From a virus, in the IMG/VR virus record IMGVR_UViG_3300034069_000595, positions 1 through 27,477 of that record: a DNA stretch of 27,477 nucleotides; one strand, 5' to 3'. The translations under genes were made by a program, and so were the position numbers. The notes beneath the pieces were generated by a model. The model had not been told where the DNA came from, did not search any database, and saw only the letters and a program-made list of their open reading frames with translations. Below are positions 24,642-27,477 of this stretch, in pieces; position 1 is the first letter of the stretch, and every line of letters starts with the position of its first letter.

Positions 24642-27248
24642 ATGGCGAAATTCAAAATCACACTGCCCCCGCTGCACCCCGTCCAGCGCAAAATCACCAG
24701 CCGGCCGAGCCGTTTCAATGCCATCGCCATGGGCGAGCAAGGCGGGAAAACGACGCTCGGCATTGACGTGCTCATAGCATCCGCTCGGGGAGCGCTCGCG
24801 GGTGGCGCGCCAGTCGCGTGGTTCTCGGCCACCAAGGATGACCTCATCGTAGCGCGGCGCCAGATCATGGCCCTGCTGGACGGGTTCATTCTCCAGCGTC
24901 GTAGCGATACCCGGGTGGAGCTGAAGAACGGCAACACCATCAGCTTCTACTCTCTGGATGAGCTGTCCGACGTGACCGCCCAGTTCGGCCTGGTCGTCGT
25001 CGATGACGTGCGCAAGGTCGAGGGCTTCCTGGATTTCTGGGAAGACATCCTCTCGCAGACGCTGAAGGTCCATGACGGGCAGGCCTGGCTGCTGTCGGGC
25101 GCATACGGCAAGCGCAACGACTTCTATCGCCTGTTCCAGCGCGGCCTGGCCGATCCCAAGGAGTGGTCGTGCTGGCAGTACGATTCGTTCTGCAACCCGC
25201 ACCTGTCCGATGAGACCCGAGAGGAAGCCGACCAGGTGCCGGAGCCGGAGTACCGCCAGCGGTTCGGCGCCGAGTTCCTGGAAGTCGCCGTCGAGCTGAC
25301 CGACGCGCAACGCATCATCGGTCCGAACGAGCGGTTCATCGACTGGTGCGAACGCCTGGAGGCGGAAGGCCTGAAAGTCGATGGCGTGCCCTTCACGCTG
25401 TCCGATCGGCCGGCAATGCGGTTCATCTACGAGCTGATCCCTTCCACCAGGGAGGAGGCGTTCGAGCGCATCGACGTGATCATGAAGTGCACGCAGGTTG
25501 GCTTCACCGTCATGGAGATGCTGGCGGCGCTGTACCTGGCCCTGCGCTTCGCCCCGACGAAGATCGGCATGTTCATGCCGTCCACGTCCCTGGCCGCTGG
25601 TAAGTCGTCACAGCGCTTCCTGCCGATCACGCGAACCATCCCCGCCGTACAGCGCCTGATGACCGAGAAGCACGCCTCAGGCGGTCGTGGCGGCGAGGGT
25701 AACGTGATGATCCGGAACCTCGGGCCGTCGCGCTTCCACTTCCTGTGGACCTCTGGCGCGACCGCGACCGAGTCGTTCCCGATGGACGTCATCTCGTTCG
25801 ACGAGGTGCAGGAAATGCTCATCGCCGACATGGAGAAGGTGGTCGAGCGTCTGTCCGCGTCGAAGCTGAAATACACCCTGATGGGCTCGACGGCGAACTG
25901 GCCGGATAGCGACATCCATTGGTGGTACATGCGGGGCACGCAGCACCAGTTCCACACCGAGTGCCCGTGCTGTGGCGTGGGCCAGGTGCTGGATGAGCAC
26001 TTCCCCGAGTGCATCCAGTTCGACCCGACGCACCCGAAGCGCAACCAGCGCGGCGGCGGCAGCCAGCTCGGCGAGTTCCGCTACCAGTGCCACTCCTGCA
26101 AGGGCTGGATCGATGACCCGCAGGTGGGTCAGTGGATCCCGAAGAACCCCACGGCCGAGATCCAGTCGGTTCACTTCCCGCAGTTCCTGTCGCCGACCAT
26201 CACGCCGCGCAACATCATCGAGGCGTACCGCAACAACGACAGCATGAAGGGCTTCTACAACCGGAAGCTTGGCAAGCCGTACACCGACCCATCGCAGGTG
26301 CCGGTCAACCTGGAGATGCTGAACAACTGCGCGCGCGAAGGCATGCGCCTTGGCGTCGTCTGGAAGGATCGCGCCCGAGGTACGTTCATGGGCATCGACC
26401 AGATGGGTGCCTTCAACGTGGCGATCCTGAAGGAGCGTCTACCGAACGGTAAGCAGGCCGTGATCCACATCGAGTACATCTTCGATGCTGACCCGTTCAT
26501 GCGATGCAGCACGCTGATGGATATGTATGGCGTCCAGTGCTGCGTGGTGGAGACCCTGCCGAACTTCAACGACGCGCATCGCTTCGCACAGCGGCACCCG
26601 GGCAAGGTGTTCCTCGCCGGCTACGGGAACATGGACGGCAACATGATGATCTGGGGCGACACGCCCACGTCCAACCCGTCAGATCGCCGAACTGACGAGG
26701 AGGCCCAGCAGAAATACACGGTTCGCCTCGACCAGTTCAAATGTATGCAGACGTCGATGGCCCGCTTCGCCACTCAGGCGTGCGTGTTCCCCGATCCGGA
26801 TGGGCTGGTCCAGGATTACACGGAGAAGGGCGTAACGACCCGCGTGGCGGTCTGTAAGGAGGTCGCGTTCTTCCACTTCACGCGCACGGCGCTGGTGGTG
26901 GAGAAGGATGAGGACGAGAAGAAGTACAAGCGCAAGGTGGTGAAGGTGGGTATCGACCCCCACACCAGCTACGCGAACATGCTGTGCGATGTGGCCTGGT
27001 CAAGGGCTCACGGCACCAGCACGTTCATACTTCCGGATGTTGAGGGGAAGACCAAGGATCTTCGGCTCAACGCCGTCAAGGTGCCTGGCCTGGCCGGGAA
27101 GATGATTGAGGAGATCAATCAGCTGTCGGGCGACGTCTGTGGGCGCTGCATCAGCCGAGATCCTGACACTGGCATGTGCTCGGAGCTGGAAGCAAGGACG
27201 CAGCCTTCTGACCCCGGATGCTGGGCGTTCATCGCCATCCAGTCGTGA
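24642..27248 (+). CDS. terL: Terminase large subunit, GpA type, with an extra N-terminal terminase-like ATPase domain
   Basis: GpA motifs KCTQVGFT, ISFDEV, CPCC/CHSC, FYNRKLG, MGID; N-terminal LHPVQ...GEQGGKTT...VVVDD. Confidence 0.88.
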   Translation: MAKFKITLPPLHPVQRKITSRPSRFNAIAMGEQGGKTTLGIDVLIASARGALAGGAPVAWFSATKDDLIVARRQIMALLDGFILQRRSDTRVELKNGNTISFYSLDELSDVTAQFGLVVVDDVRKVEGFLDFWEDILSQTLKVHDGQAWLLSGAYGKRNDFYRLFQRGLADPKEWSCWQYDSFCNPHLSDETREEADQVPEPEYRQRFGAEFLEVAVELTDAQRIIGPNERFIDWCERLEAEGLKVDGVPFTLSDRPAMRFIYELIPSTREEAFERIDVIMKCTQVGFTVMEMLAALYLALRFAPTKIGMFMPSTSLAAGKSSQRFLPITRTIPAVQRLMTEKHASGGRGGEGNVMIRNLGPSRFHFLWTSGATATESFPMDVISFDEVQEMLIADMEKVVERLSASKLKYTLMGSTANWPDSDIHWWYMRGTQHQFHTECPCCGVGQVLDEHFPECIQFDPTHPKRNQRGGGSQLGEFRYQCHSCKGWIDDPQVGQWIPKNPTAEIQSVHFPQFLSPTITPRNIIEAYRNNDSMKGFYNRKLGKPYTDPSQVPVNLEMLNNCAREGMRLGVVWKDRARGTFMGIDQMGAFNVAILKERLPNGKQAVIHIEYIFDADPFMRCSTLMDMYGVQCCVVETLPNFNDAHRFAQRHPGKVFLAGYGNMDGNMMIWGDTPTSNPSDRRTDEEAQQKYTVRLDQFKCMQTSMARFATQACVFPDPDGLVQDYTEKGVTTRVAVCKEVAFFHFTRTALVVEKDEDEKKYKRKVVKVGIDPHTSYANMLCDVAWSRAHGTSTFILPDVEGKTKDLRLNAVKVPGLAGKMIEEINQLSGDVCGRCISRDPDTGMCSELEARTQPSDPGCWAFIAIQS

Positions 27249-27257
27249 GGTCAGACT
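27242..27257 (+). promoter_or_regulatory. Putative late promoter GTCGTGA-GGT-CAGACT
   Basis: Overlaps the terL stop codon; same spacing as the other copies. Confidence 0.55.
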
Positions 27258-27286
27258 GGTCATCTCAACAACACGAGGTGACCAGC

Positions 27287-27477
27287 ATGAAATGGTTCTA
27301 TTACCCCTTGGCGCTGCTGCAGGCGATCGGTCTGATCCTGCTGCGCATCGTTCTGATCGTTGCAGGCATGGTGGTCGTCCCGATCGCGCTGCCGTTCCGC
27401 GTCACCGACGCGAGTACCGCGAAGCCGTTCACTGAGCAGCCTGGCACATGGGTGCTGGTCACCTTGCCGCGCTGGGC
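27287..27477 (+). CDS. Membrane-anchored phage protein (partial, 5' end)
   Basis: RBS GAGGTG; MKWFYYPLALLQAIGLILLRIVLIVAGMVVVPIALPF...; runs off the window. Confidence 0.7.
   Translation, partial: MKWFYYPLALLQAIGLILLRIVLIVAGMVVVPIALPFRVTDASTAKPFTEQPGTWVLVTLPRW

Larger units (their letters stand above)
1..27477 (+). mobile_element. Segment of a large temperate phage / phage-plasmid
   Basis: Terminase large subunit, TerS candidate, NinI-like phosphatase, Ead/Ea22-like and DUF4406 genes, many short coupled ORFs on one strand, plus a plasmid-type ParA/ParG cassette with iterons. Confidence 0.88.

Overview
GC-rich window read almost entirely on the + strand, with about 45 tightly coupled ORFs (ATGA/GTGA overlaps). 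It looks like part of a large temperate phage-plasmid, since terminase genes and a type Ib ParA/ParG partition cassette with 11-bp iterons sit together. A Pseudomonas-like proteobacterial host is inferred from sequence style only. Recognisable genes: two beta-class DNA methyltransferases (one ParB-fused), DUF4406, AraC regulator, PAPS-reductase-family protein, NinI-like phosphatase, HicA-like protein, ParA/ParG, a TerS candidate and an unusual double-ATPase TerL. Most notable: (1) a 1261-aa protein fusing repeats, a HipA/PI3K-like kinase and an R-S-E ADP-ribosyltransferase, followed by a small partner gene and a NUDIX hydrolase with a similar L-V-K-S N-terminal tag, a candidate virion-injected effector module; (2) a candidate late promoter GTCGTGA-N3-SAnnnT, with leaderless geometry before that gene and terL; (3) six copies of a dispersed ~80-bp att-like element (core, IHF-type site, 11-bp arm repeats) between gene blocks; (4) a ~600-bp structured non-coding region with tRNA-like elements. 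All calls come from reading motifs by eye; no database searches were run.
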